From Phoronis australis (taxonomy: Eukaryota; Animalia; Phoronida), in NCBI GenBank assembly GCA_002633005.1, contig NMRA01000179.1, positions 493,831 to 557,830 on the forward strand: a stretch of 64,000 nucleotides of DNA. Direction: 5' to 3'. The notes beneath the pieces are model-generated. The model worked only from the letters and a program-made list of their open reading frames with translations, made no database searches and was not told the origin of the DNA. Shown here piece after piece: positions 1 to 14,600 of the stretch. Numbering within the stretch: position 1 is the first letter of the stretch; the number at the start of each line of letters is the position of its first letter. A program made the translations under genes and the position numbers.

Positions 1-975
1 GCACTTCCAATTTGAGACCATTTTGATAAAGGCTGATGGTTTAGGACAATAGCAGGTTTGTGCGATTGTACGCGGCTTTATAGATGCTTTGAAGTCAACG
101 TCTTAAACTTACGAATGCAGAAGTAGTCCCACCACATAAATTCTCTCTCAGGGTCAGCGATTGCACAGCCATATATCACCCTCAGGTGGAGCACGACGGT
201 TTCGTTAATGGAGCACTTTAGATGTGAGACGTGGGAGCCATTTACAACATTCGTCGTAATTTCAACTTCTGCGCTTCTCTGTATGGTGTTTGCCACAGGA
301 GTAACTTAAATGTACAGACAATTAAAACGTTGGTTTTCACATGCGTGTTACGTAGGCCTACAGCCCCACTGATTATACCAGGCAAGACTATTCATAATGT
401 AAACTGTTGTGGGCATGAAAATCTGCAGTCCACTTTGTGCTTCAACACGTGTTAACTGTAGGCTACAAGTCAAAATCAAGATGGCTTGGCATCACTCAGT
501 TAACACTATTTGTTGTAATTGATTCACTTACTCGGCCTACGACGGGGATGCGTCCCGTAGACTTCTGATCCAAAATAGTATGAACCCTAGAGTAGACTGG
601 AAGAAGCAAGATAGCGCAAGAACACACAGAATCCTCTGTTAGAATGTTCGGGAATTCAATAACATACCCTGGCAATAAGACCGCTATTGAAGCGATGGGT
701 CTGTGAGGTTGGAATGCTGAAGCATTGAATAACATTTATTGTTACCGTTCCATAAGTGAAGATTTCTCGACGCAAGTGAATCGCAAGTGTTTTGCGTCAC
801 CTGAAAGGACCCGAGGTCTACCGATTACTGATAGGTTTGCAAGACGAAAGTCATCCTTAGGAAGCAATCCAATCTTACTGTGTGTGACCAGATATACTTC
901 ACCGGGAGAGTGAGCGAATTGTAGCCATTGAGTAGGAATTTACTGTAACTTGACGAGGATTAAAATACAACTTAC

Positions 976-1032
976 TTCTTTTTGTGCAGGGTTCATATGT
1001 TGGTTCATATGGTGGTAATTCCTTTGGCCGTC
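976..1032 (-). CDS. Candidate 57-nt exon continuing the gene
   Basis: ctacag|GA..A|gtaagt; GRPKELPPYEPTYEPCTKR; strong splice sites and phase 1-1, but no domain support. Confidence 0.45.
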
Positions 1033-1162
1033 CTGTAGAACGAAGGGTGAATGAGTAGAACTACAAAACTGGCAAGTAGAATGCTTGCGTAAAATTTATC
1101 TTAGGCCCAGAGGTTGAATCCGGAAGACCAAAGGAAAATTATATTGTGAATAGAACAGGAAA

Positions 1163-1372
1163 ACAGGATCAAATAAAGGTTATGTTGGACCTTATGAACA
1201 AGTCACAGGATCAAATCAAGGTTATGTTGGACCTTATGAACAAGTCACAGGATCAAATTAAGGTTATGTTGGACCTTATGAACAAGTCACAGGATCAAAT
1301 AAAGGTTATGTTGGACCTTATGAACAAGTCACAGGATCAAATAAAGGTTATGTTGGACCTTATGAACAAGTC
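1163..1372. repeat. Minisatellite, 5 x 42 bp
   Basis: acaggatcaaat(a/c/t)aaggttatgttggaccttatgaacaagtc x5, near-perfect. Confidence 0.95.
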
Positions 1373-2438
1373 ACTGCATTTATCCAAATATGTACAAAAC
1401 TGCAGGACTGAGTGAAAATTGATAATTATTTTCTGTATGCACAAAGTGTGTACAACAGGATATTTTACTTTAAACCAACCCATTTCCGCCAGTATTTTGG
1501 GTAGGGTGACCATGTCTAAAGTAAAATTCAGCACAAGAAGATAAAATCATAACAAAACGAGAAACATTTAAAAGTGTTACATTTTTAAAATATCAAATTG
1601 TTTTGCTTTTATGTAACGTTTGAGTTTTTCTTTAAGAACAAAAATGTCATATTTTTGATCACCCCTTTTGCAAAAGTCGAAATAGGAAAAAAGTCCTAGA
1701 AGCGTGCTGGAGATTACTAAATGAAGCGTAATACATGGAAATTTCGGGGGGAATTTGACCAGCCATTTCTGAGATAAAATGTTACAAGTTTAGTCACATT
1801 CCAACCATCTTACATAACCTTAAATTGCATGTACCTCTTCACAAAATACACTTGTCCATTATCAGTAACGCTGCTTGATTAGAACACGGTAACAAGGGCA
1901 ATATAAATTGGTGTCATCGGAATAGGGTTTTCGCCTCGAAAACGGAGCTTGACCAGTTACGGAGGCACCTCGCAACGATAAATAATTGCGGAACTAAGGT
2001 TCCCAAGCTTCAGTCACCCCAGATCACTGCCATATTTGGAAATTCTTGTCACTCTGGTCGTCATCGCTGATCGACCCCACGTCGGCCATTCTGGCTACTT
2101 CGATCCACAGCCTATCGAAGTCACAAAATCTCCAAGACCATACATGTACATGTGGCTGTTAGGTGATGTCGTGGCGAGGTAAGGCCCATGTTTTGAACAA
2201 GAGACGTAAATTGTAGTTTAGTAAATCTACTGGACAACCTGACACCGGACGCTCATCCGGTACTGGAGTTCCGATGTTTCATTAGGTTCACGGTAGACCC
2301 GCCCTTTATGTCGATGTACACGCGCAAGGATATTGCAAATATAACGGACGAGAACATAATGCAGATAGATGCATCTTGCGTCCTGGCAAGTCAAAATAAA
2401 CGAAACAAAACAAAACAAAACAAAACAAAGACACTTAC

Positions 2439-2624
2439 CTCGTTGACAACTGGGAACTGGTGTCCACTCTCCATCTGCTTGACATATTGATATTCCTCCG
2501 CCCTCTATGACGTCACCATCCCGCAAGCACGTGTACACAGCTTTTGCCTGGTAATCGGTGGAAGTAAATGTCGGATGAGAGTCGTGGGTCTGCGGTGGAT
2601 GGCCGCAGTTTATAGATGAGGTGG
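2439..2624 (-). CDS. Exon: sushi/CCP domain
   Basis: ttacag|CC..G|gtaagt; INCGHPP..YQAKAVYTC..CQADGEWTPVPSC; 186 nt. Confidence 0.9.
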
Positions 2625-5600
2625 CTGTAAAAATAAGCTTTTTAAGAATTCTTGCTTTTTGACTGAAGTCAACTCGAGTTTTAGAAGAATTTAAGAACCT
2701 CAATATTGTGCTAAACGCCCCCACAACCACGCGCACATCCAGAGTTTTTCTTTCCGCTTCATTTCACCCTATTTAGGCATAGTTGGCTAAGAACCGAAAA
2801 TTGAATTAGGCCGTTTAGTCTCTTAAAATCGGTCTCACAATAGTCCTTAATACCATGAACGAATTATTCTACATGTGTATTTTCATTGCCAAAAGGACAT
2901 CGAAACTGCTTGCAAATCAATAAAATGTTTAGTAATTTATCAAGGTTGGCCAATCTTAATTCGAAAATGGCCTGTGACTTGAGTTGCAGGCTCATTCGAA
3001 AATAAATCAAGATCGAATGAGGTCCATAATGTCCTTAAACTCCAAAGCGCCCCGATTAAGGAAGTTTTAAACTAATGTAAGGGCACCGCAATTTCTAAAC
3101 AAAAGAAACCTGTAACACTTACAACTGTAGCAAAATATACAAAAGCGGACACGGGAAATACACGATATAAGAAAACAAAAAAAAAACTAGCCAGTCAGCT
3201 ACCTGTACGAAGACTGACGTCAAAATACAGCTGGGAAGTGCTTAGCCTTGGAGAAAAGCTATGTAGTATATTTACAGCTTCGCACAAATGTGGAAAACAA
3301 ACTGGCCTAGTAAAAGTGACAAAATTAGTGACATGAAAAAGTACTCTCTTCCTTGAGCAAACTAAATTATTTGCCGGTGTTAGAAAATTGGCGCTCTACT
3401 GTTAATCAATGGTAAAGTGCGTGTTACTGAATAACATCTACGTGTTCTCCACACGCAGGTTACCGGCAAGCTAATGTTGTCAAGCGCTCTCATGCGCCGG
3501 CATTCGACGCCATGAAACATAGCGTCACCTATCGGGCAGTTTCCTTTTTCAACCATTCGTTTATGGACTGTTCTTCTTCCACGAGGTTGCGTACATGTCA
3601 CCGGAAATTATCGGAATTGGTTCACTTCGTTATAAGTTTAAAGTATTTAGTTAATACCAGTCAACCGTATATCTGGGCAAATAAAATTGCATCCCTGAAT
3701 TTTTGAAGCATGCATCAGAAGACATTGAGGGAGATTGAATGAAGTCACTTGGGGTTGCGGCTGTAGTTGCATCCACTCGAAAATCAACGGCAGGTGCTCT
3801 TCTCAACACGATCACACATGTCCCCTCTCATTGTGATTTTTCAAGCAGTTTAGCGATCAAGGAGGCGGACAAAAAGGCAGAGCGACATATTTGAAAAGCA
3901 CTAGGGGTTGCAGCATTGGTCTATTCCCCCCGAAACGCCGTCTCCTTGGTAGTAACTTCTTTGCCAAATTCCTACGAAATTGAGGCAAACGAAAATAAAC
4001 TAACATTGCTACAAAGGGCGCTACAACAGTTGGACCCAATTCCACTAGGGCACTTAGTAGACACTGAGTCAAAGGCAATACAGAACAAACCTGCCACCAA
4101 GGTGCACCAGCGGTATGACCCGTCCATAAATCAGAGTCAAGCGTGCTCGTAGAAAGAACACATCTGAAAATTTTCATGACCATCTTCATACGACTAATGG
4201 ATAAAAAGCGGGCGCCAAACATCCAAACATAACAATTAGCCACCATGGATCGCACAATGAATCAACTTTGTCGAAAACAGACAATCGTCGTCACCTCCTT
4301 AAAGAAAACCGATTTCCTCAATTTCATGAACTTCCATCAAGGATTTGCCAAGATATAGAAGCAAACGAAGAAAATATATTGTCATTACAGGGCACAGCGG
4401 TACTCGGATCCGTCCACAAATGTCGTCGTCATGCGATGTCACATTCATGGGAACACATTTGTCAAATATCACAAGGATCCAGCAAGGCTTACAGACGTCG
4501 GACGGGAAGGCATGACGGCAGTATGCGTCTGTAAGGCACGTAAGTTTACTTGTACGTGGGCGCATGATAAGCACCAAAGTACTGACTATACATGTACTAA
4601 GCACACGTATCTGCGTGCCAAAAGGATGGCGATTCTTGGGGGAGAAAGGCTTCCACACACATGACAATTTTCGCACACGATCAGCCAATTCTTTAGGTGC
4701 ATTTAAATTGCAGCAAGTGGCCTCGCATTTTTAGTCGGGGTTTTAGTCCGAGAACCCTGATGTCAAAAGTCAAGACTTCTCTAAGCCTTGAATTCTTCAT
4801 TCGTACTACTTTAGGACAAAGTTCCATTTTAATTCAATCAATTATAGTTAAATTCTCTCATAACTGTACCTTTTCAGCTGGCTTTGTTACACACGCTGCC
4901 TCGGTGTTTGCCTACTCTGACGAAAGGAATTACCTGCTAATCTATACGAGATAGGCACCAAAACCTGCTAAAGCATTCAGTGCTGCAAATTTTAACATGA
5001 ACCCTAACAGTCATGTCGAAGTCCATTTTTTTCAAAACAACTGTAAATTTCATTTTGGCCAACATTTTCCCAGAGAAATAAATCCCTTACAGTAATTAGA
5101 TAGCTCTGGAAAAACTGCTGAAGTGTAGACTCACGTGTGCATACAGTATGTTTACGTGGGCAGGCGTTTCATTAAACCTTTTCTCTGTCTTTCATTTGAC
5201 TTAGACCAAAACCGGGCTCACGTGGGGCCAATATGTCTTAGCCCTGATTCAAGAAATTCCTTTAGATCAAAATTAAGAGGGTAATCGGTCTAAGGTAACG
5301 AAAATAAGCCTGCCATGGAGTAGACTTAAGACTGAACTGTTGGTGAAAATGACTAGAATTTACAAATATACTGTGAACCGGTGAGGAACAAATTTCAAAT
5401 CTATCGCTACTAAAATACCAATGAAGATCGTCTACTTAAGACTTAAGAACTCGGCAAAGCGGGGTAGCCTAGTAGTGACAATTCAATGCGATGTACCTGC
5501 GCACGCAAAATGTTTTCCAGCCATACCAGGGACTTCTCACACAAACGAAATCCCAAATATATCCAAGATATTGTGAATAAATCTCCATTTATAGTTTCAA

Positions 5601-8600
5601 GGCCAAGTTTAATTTTGAAACCGTATTCACAAACCACACGCTTAATTTCGTGAACTCGCAATAATAGCAAAAGCGTAGTTTGAATCGGGCCCCACGGTCC
5701 ATTTCCCAGGCAGACAGTCACACAAGTTGGCGCCTCAGGTGGTGTGCAGGAGAAATGTTGCTTTTGGTGACACCACTGTTGACTAGTAGGCAAGATTCAT
5801 GCCCGTAATGGATGGCGGAGGGCCGTACGTAGTCGTTCACATGTTAAAAATTTAAATAAATGTTATGCTTCACCTAGGACTGACAAGATACATTATGACA
5901 CGACGGTACAACTGGTTGAGAATCTGAATAACTACGAATTCTAATTTGACAAAAAACATCTCAAATCAATGCTCAAATCACAGCAATCACGTCACTAAAA
6001 TTGTATTATCGTGGTTTAGAAAGTTGTTCAAACATGGTAAGACCAGGAATAGGACTCTCCTCCTCCTGGGGTACTATTTCAAGATGCAACGTTAGGCACG
6101 GAGTATCCAAAGATGATTTGATTGTCGTTTCGTGACCACACGTGTCAGACAAACTCAACCCAAAACATTTTATCGTTTGTGGAAACATCGCAGAGAAAAC
6201 AGTATTTTGAATTCCACTGTTTCAGTATTATTACACAGCCATTGCTTCTTCTGTCTACTGACTAGCTGCAACGCACCACGATTTGTTCCGTTAAGAAGTA
6301 AAGCTGCCCGGACTTAAGATATATCGTTACCTGTATTCACGATCTGACAAATCTAACGCTGCACAAAACATATTAAACCCTGAAGGAGAAGCAAGCAGAA
6401 GTTGTCAGCAAGTCACCGCAAATAAGAACTAGCCACGATATCAGAGGAAAGAAACATCAGTGACCGTGTAATAAAACAAATCGTGCGCGCACTCAGGGAG
6501 GGGGAGGGGCGAAGTGTGCAAAAAGGTCCGCCTTAGAGAAACAAAAATTCCGAGAAAACGAGACAAAAGTCCACTGAAAAGACACAGACGCACAATGAAG
6601 GTGGTACCCCTTTTTTGTCCTCCCGCATTTTTGTCAGCAAAAGGTCCACATCGCCAGAAATTCGAGCCCCCCATATTAAAGTCTGGATGCACCATGCAAT
6701 TTTTCATCGACCCTTAGGGCGTATCAGGTCTTACGGACCACGGTAAGCAATATCACCTCCGGTCTCAGGAAACTTTCTCTCCCTTAGTCCACGTGACTTG
6801 ATATCAACCTCGGAATCGGTTTATAGTTGTAATGTACATGTATACAATTCGTGCAGCAGAACAATGAACAGCCAGCGCTTACAAGAACAGTTGACAGTTG
6901 GTGTCATCCATGTTCCATTGGCCTGGCAGAAAGTCACTGGCGAACCCCGGAGTACATCAAATGAATCAGAGCACGCGTAGTTGGCTTTCGAATTGTAAGT
7001 CGTGCTTACGTAACTGATGGTCGTGTTCTCTACTTCAGGAGGATCTCCACAGTCAACTGAAAATAATAGTTGCCTATATTAGGAACCAAAAAGCTATTAT
7101 ATGTACAGTATAAGACACATTACAAAACTCACCTGTAATAACCTGTCCAACAGAGCAAATTGCAAGTTTTGCTTCACCGCACAAGCGAGGGCCTTTACAG
7201 TAGGTCTTTAACCGTTAATTAGTAAATTTGCTCGATTACTCAGACTTGTCGATAAAGTAGTATATGTAGATTGCCCCAAAGTTGCAAATTCATTCAAAAT
7301 TAAGCACGAGATGAGCATATAATTCCGACACTCTATCGCCTCTTTTTAATAACCCGTGAATGTGATACAAAGACAGCTCTGCTACTGTAAACCAAATCGA
7401 GAATTGTTCCGTATACGTGACGATAAATTACCGCAAGTCATTATGTCATGAGATGGGTTGTCCGGCTAGTTTGCAGCACTTTTCCCTTGTTACTACCGTA
7501 TTGCCGCGCAATTTGGACCATGGGCTTCCGTGCAAAACTTAGGCGCAATACGGCAATACAAAACTATTTCTTGCAAATACGCCAAAAACTCCAACGATAC
7601 AGAGGAAGTGTAAAAAATGCCATGAGGAGGCACAGCGGTAGTCCAAACCGGGGCGCATATACGCGAATTAATGCATAGGAGTATGCAGGGGACAATATCT
7701 GGGCTTATATGCGAAACTGAAGCATGTGCGCCAATATGCGATCCATGTAGGCAAAAATGCCACAAAAATACCTTATTTGGGATATTTTTGGGATTTAAGG
7801 CACGGCAATACGGTAAAGTTGCAACCTGACTGTCATGCACGTAATCATTGTCTACTTATAGATTTCATTAGGTACAGTAGTAGTTTGCCCCTTGTTTCTC
7901 TTTTGAATCGAGCTGTAAATTGTCTACCAATATTAAAGCGTTCCCGACATGCAGCTTACCTAGTGTGCACAAAGGCAAAGTCGACCATTCACCAGTGATT
8001 TCACAGACTGCGTAGCTTAGTCCAACCAAATCATAGCCACGGTCACACGTGAAATGTTTAACGTCGCGGTAGTTGGACGTTAATGTTGTATTCGTTTTAC
8101 CATTCGCAACTGAAGGGGGCGTGCAAGTCGGGGTAACCTCATCAACTGCAACATACCGACAATCTAAACATTAACTTGTAGATACAACAGATTAGAAAAA
8201 ATAAAAATGGTAATTAGCTGGCGCAAAATAAGAAGAATCCATCTGAAAACAGAACATCTCATCGTTTCTGATAGAAAGCATTTTAGTAAATTTCATAAAA
8301 ATCCATCAATGAACTTAAGAGAAATAGAGGAAAACAGACAAAATGAAATTACCACTAGGTGGCACAGCGCTCGTTGGATCCGTCCAAAAGCCGTCGTCGT
8401 TCTTTTTCAACTGCATATAAATACAATTGCTAAATTTAGCAAAGATAATGAAGAGGGTATAGGGATACACCCACGAGCGCAAAAGTACAAACCTGCCACT
8501 AGGAGACGCCAAAGTAGTCGAAGTCGTCGGAATATCATCGTCAGCTGTCCTCTTCACAGAAGGAACACATAATATGCCAGTTTTCAAAATCATCATTGTA

Positions 8601-11600
8601 GTGGATCCGTTCATGGAGGGGCGGACGCCAAAAAACAGACTCGAAAACAATAAAAATGGCCACTAGATGGTACAAAATACCTCGAATCCATCCAAAAACG
8701 AGAGGGTAGCGTCATCTCACTAATAGATGCCTATCTGCTTAATTTTATGAAATTCAGTGTGGACATTTGATGATGCAGAGGTAATCGTAAAAAATTAGAA
8801 TTGTCACTAGGAGGTACACTGGTAGTCAGATCCGTCCAAAACATCGCTCATGCCGTCCCATACACCAAAAGAACAGTCATGTGCAAAACTTCATGAACAC
8901 AAATAAAATGGTTTTGGAGATAGAACAGCTGACAGTGGACGCCGGTTGGTGGCCTTAAGGACAGACGGACGGACGGACAGGAATGACAGCATAGTGTGCA
9001 AACATGTTTATATGTTGGCGCATAAATAAATTCCACGAGTCAAATGAGACATACACTGTGTTATATAGTACTGAATAGCCGACTGTCGCAACATTAAAGA
9101 TTGTTGACATAATACGACTTTCTACATGGTAATTGAAAATTAATGAAGAACAATTCCTACCTCCCGCAAGTCTCAAAAAACAGTGAGACAATGTACGAGG
9201 TCGAGCAGAATCAATTTGGGTTGTAGATCTATTCAGTCAATTTGCAGATTACCCCCAACAAAGATGAGAGCTGAGAAATAAGTTTTTAAAGTTCTAAAAT
9301 TACATATTTTTAATAAAAATAACTGTAATCTCTAGTTTACACTAAATGAAGTAGATGGAGAGTATGTAGTGTCATTTCATTAGCAATGTCGCCGACGCAC
9401 AACTGTTTTACACCTGTTCAAAGTGAACCACCTTTTCTAACCAACGGGTCAAAGCTTAAGTCAGAAATTTTGTCTTAAGGTTGGCGGTTACGAAAATAGA
9501 ACCTTTTAAGGTAAGGAAGGTTATGAGACCAATTTTATGACAGTAAGAGCCTGAATTCGCTTTTCGTTTTTAGTCAGTTTAGCTAAGCGAAATGCAGCTT
9601 CCCGTGTAGTTTCATTATTTTGTATCCCAATATCACCAGTCAACACTACATACATATGAAAGCTCTTAGTGATTAACTTGACATCCTCTATCCAGTACTA
9701 GGGAAACAGTGTCACACCTGTATAACCGTATGTGTCTAGATCAACGTTGAACCCTTATCACAAAAAATTCTATATATGGAAAACAAAACGCGTCATACCT
9801 GGAAGTAGGGCAGTCTGATTATCAAGTAGTTTTAGGGAGCCAAAATATGACGTCTCGTTGACTCTAACGATATGACTTCTCACCATTTCCGTCACTTTAT
9901 TGGCATCCATCGATTCATTAGATATAATAATGTAGATAACGATGATACTCCCACACCTACAAATGACCAAACGCAAGTACATGTACATGTACATGTATGT
10001 ACGCCATTTGATACATATCAATTGCCCCCTGACAATCGCATTGATAAGAATGCTTTGTATGCGCTGATAAGCCAAGTTCATTATCTTTAGAGTGATCTAG
10101 AACTCATTGAAACTCGTAAAATATTGCTACTGGAAAGAACGCAATGGACATTTGGTGGCACTGCGCATGTAGACCGCGGCCGGTGGTAGTGTGCAATTTA
10201 CAAATAATGAATATAGATTAATAACTTGGGGTATGCTAGGTTTGGCGGCAGTTCGGAGGTGTATATTACAAGTATTTGCAGCGAATCCAGTTTGCTTATA
10301 TCTGTGAACATGTTGCGAATAGTAAAAATCCATAACAGTCCACCAGCTCGTCGGTAGATACAATTTGCTAAATATTGGGCCACATGTGGCATTGTTACGT
10401 CACCGCTCAGCGTTAAACTAATCTACTGCGATTTCAGGTAGCATCCGAACGACACAATTGCAAAAAAAATGATTGGATTGCAGCCCTTTTGAACCACATC
10501 TCTGGCTTTTGGAATCTATCGTAAATATGCTGACTCCTGATAAACATTTGAAGGGAAGTGGTGGCATAGGGGCAAAACTATCAACTTTTGCGTTTGTGCT
10601 ATAATTTATCGGAGACCGCTTCGGTCCTTCTTTGGTGGAAGCAAAAGGGTCAAAACATGCGACTAAATGAGTTTTCTGTGGTCATGTGTAGTGTTTTTGA
10701 GGTGGAATGGCTAACAACCTTTCATTTTGGTCACATAGTTTTCGAGAGAGTGAAAGAAAGGCGGCAAATTTAGTGATGTGTGTACTGCCAGGCAATACTC
10801 AATGATAACTGCACATTCAGTTCTTTCTACGGTAAATGTTTCCACGAATCGGATATGTAAGTTGCTCTCAAGAGTTAACGCCGTGACAAGGGCTTCATTG
10901 GAGTTCCATCTTCTGAAACCGTACCAAAAATGCCAGTGTCTAATCTTTTCATGCACCAACCAAGTGTACAATAGTGTGCACCTTATAGCTACAAAGCCAT
11001 TAAAATACCAAACAAGCATAATAACTTAACAGACATCTGAAACAGATCTATGAATGCTTTTCACTGTCTCAACCCACATTCTGGACACCGTCAAACACAA
11101 TTCATGATTAAAGAATAAACAGTGAGATCAAATGTCCTTGAGGTAGGTTGCGGTGTACCACAAGGTTATCATGTGGAAACCTTCTAAAACAAAACATTGG
11201 GCAGGTATGCGATGACTATGCTTGGCGTAGAATTCAGTTTTATGTGGTTAGCTGAGGAGTTGACATTTACTCATTGAATTTGACAGTTATTCCACGACAG
11301 GACCTCCAATCCACACATTTGTGGAAGGCACAAGAGAGAATCTTTAAAGACGTAAACTTCAAATCACAGGTATTGGCTTATCAAAATTAAACGTAATGTG
11401 GGTGAAATCTCACCTAAATTCCTGAATTTCAACTAAATGACCGTCGGGAAGAACCTTGCTCATCTGGAAAAGAAATTCAAACTGAACTACCAACTCGTGA
11501 ACTCTTATACAAAGAGCCGTCGAGAAATTAACATACCAACACACACCATTTTAAGACAACACGAGTTGGGTAACCAATGCAGCAACATGCTGTTTTTTTT

Positions 11601-14600
11601 AAGGAAGTACAGTATATATGTTCACATAGTAAATTAAATTATAAACTGAAAACCTACCTCTGAAATAAACCTTGACGAAATGTATCCGTACTCTTCAGAC
11701 GAACGATTCTGCAGTTCGTCTACACAGTTCCCTTCTATTCTCATTTCTCCTTGAAGTTTGAATTTTAGCTTTGGTGCTTCGAATGAAATAAACAGCGTCA
11801 GCATAGACCACACCGTTATTATTTGATAATTAACAAAACAGATTGAAGCACATCACACGGCTCTATAATGTTTTATTCAAATGCATCCAAATTCCGTCAA
11901 TTAGTTTTTTGAAGGAACCAAGGAAACCATGCCTTTTCACGGCAGGCATTGCACTATGCTACATGTCACTAAGTATGGAATACCTGCAGAGTTCGATGAA
12001 AAGGTCCAATGACGACTAGAGGAAGAACAAATAATCACTATATGAACGACATAGCTTTCAAAATGAGAGTGTGTAATTAACACTTCTGACTTGAGGCGTA
12101 CATGTACAAGTAAAGGTTAGTAAGAACACCGTATCACGCCCATTTCAACTTAATGATTTGTTTGCAACTACATGTATGCAGCCTATTGAGCAACAGTGCT
12201 ACCTAGATTCAATGGTGAACACTGGCATATGAACCGCAGCAGAGAGTGAACTGAAACTACCGTCCTGCAGCATTGTGGGAAAACACACAAGAATATAATG
12301 GGTTATCTTGTTCAATTGCCCAAACATTATATATTTCCCTGGTTTAAATACAAATGCTCTGCTTGTACATGAACCACAAGTCAATTATCTTCTAAGGATT
12401 GCTGATACGATATTCACTGCAGCACTGGAACTGTGTAATACCTTCATTGCAAGAAAACTCAGCAGCAACATACGATGCAGGTCCTTTGCAAGAAGAGTTG
12501 AAAGGCACGTCAATGGAGTCCACCGGGATGACGCATAAACTTTTAGAATCGCAGTTGTTTCTTAAGTAAGTGGTCACGTCGGCAGTGCATGTTGAGGAAC
12601 TATTGGTGGAGTTGTTCCAAGAAATAAGCGTGGCTTTATCCACTGATATTATCTGGTCAACTTCGTCTGGTGATTCACTTGAACAGTTGAGAAATAACAT
12701 TGTATTCTGTTGCGCCTCTGCTTTAAGTCCTGGGGGCGGAAAACGGGAAGATAATGTACACCGTACAATTGTACATCTAACACACACGCAATTATTTGAT
12801 TGAGAATTGATGTCTACAATAATGGTTTAACAAACTTACTGCACACGGGAAGGTCCAACCAATCGGCTTGGGAAACGTTGCATGTGATTGTTGCCGAACC
12901 AATTAGAATATGTCTATCTTTGCACTCCACTTGAACATTCTCCCCGTGCAACAGAGGCTCTGACAAGTCCACCAAACCATTTTCGATCACGGGTACTATA
13001 CAAGTCTTTCCTAGTTTTAAGTGCAAATAACGAGAAAACGTGTTTAACGTAATTGATGAAAAATTCAGGTCCAAGTACACGCAAACTGCACACAAACTAG
13101 CAAGGCATTTAGGTGTATGTTCAAGCACACAAATTTTGAAGTTAATAATACATGAATATTTTTGAGTCAATTACAAACACTATGCGAACAATTCTGTAGG
13201 ACACATTTTCATGAATTCTCTTTACAGTCTAGTTGAAAAGCTCTTTAACCTGCATAATAGCGACACGCAGCTTACCTGGTGTACACGAAGGTAGAGTCGA
13301 CCATTTTCCCGTAATTTCACAAACTGCGTAGCTTAGACCTATCATATCATATCCACGGTCACATGTGAAATGTGTAACGTCGCGGTAGATGGATAGTGTT
13401 GTTCTATTGGTGTAACCGTTAGGAATCGAAGGGGGCGCGCAACTCGAAGTAGCCTCACCAACTGAAATATTTCCACAAACAAAACGTCCACCTGGACCAG
13501 ACATATTTTATTACAAGATGGCTTTCCGCAATCATCAGTTTATCGCGACAAATCTTCGGTTATTGAATGGAAACCGTGACTTTCCAATAACTCATCATTT
13601 TTACCTAACAGTCTGTTTTTTTTCGACAAGATTGGTAACCTAAACGAACATTGCCTCAAGCTTACGCGTAAAGCACTTACTTTTAACGATGTGCTTTTTC
13701 AGGTCAAGTTCGATTCTCATTTTTCGGAAACAACCGTGATCCACGAAACGCAAACCAGGTTTAGCTCACGTAATACACTTCACGAGTTAAGGACCTGCAT
13801 GCTTAAATGTGATATTAAAGGGTATTTCCCAAGGAGTGAGTAAATATGGATTTTTTCAAATACTTTTCAATATCAAATCGTCACTCACGACATACTCAGG
13901 AATGGTCACGTGCTGCTGGCATGGCTAAATTTTGCTGGCACAGGAATCGGTCCTGGCCTGGTACGAAATACTTCCGATAAGTTAGTTAAGTATGTAAGAG
14001 TATAACACGTCCTTTTGAAAGTTACATCTTAATATTAGGTGAAAATATTGGTTTTGGATCGTTAACAATGCTAGTTTGCCAAAGTGGAAATAACGTTTTT
14101 GATCGAAGTTAATTACAATAATCCGTCATGAATAACTAGCAAATTTATGTGGTGCTAAGGAAACAATGTTTCACATACTGCATGTTGTAGGCCATGACCC
14201 TATCCAACGAACTCCTACAGAGATAACTACCCACATCACACCTGGAAGTAGGGCTGTCTGGTTATCGAGTAGTTTCAGGGAGCCCAAATATGACGTCTCG
14301 TTAACTGTAACGATATTTCTTTGCACCATCTCCGTCACTTTGTTGGCATCCACTGATTCATTAAATGTAACATTGTATACAACAACAATGACGTCCCGAC
14401 ACCTAAAAATTCCCGAATACGTATCAACATCATGAAATACCAACGCTATCGATCAAGATGTTTCGCAAGCTCTAAGGCAACACTGTTTCAAACCCGGAAA
14501 ATCTTTCAAAATCTTTAGATGGGTTTCCAGATCTCAATGGCAAAAATATTGAAATTCTAATCAAATACTATTAAGCATTCTTGTGCCATCGAAAAAAGAT

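Noticed and set aside
879-942. KFLLNGYNSLTLPVK resembling a Cys-loop receptor N-terminus
   Set aside because: Short similarity, no further receptor exons, and an implausibly short intron to the neighbouring candidate exon.
1146-1415. ORF with (QDQIKVMLDLMNKS)n repeat
   Set aside because: Artefact of a 42-bp minisatellite with a period divisible by 3; intronic and antisense. It is not CRISPR because there are no spacers.
10030-10100. Conserved intronic block (also about 14450-14530 and 21150-21230) as the SEA middle exon
   Set aside because: Frames and splice sites are not conserved among units. The 50-nt exons supply the required 0-2 phase in all three.
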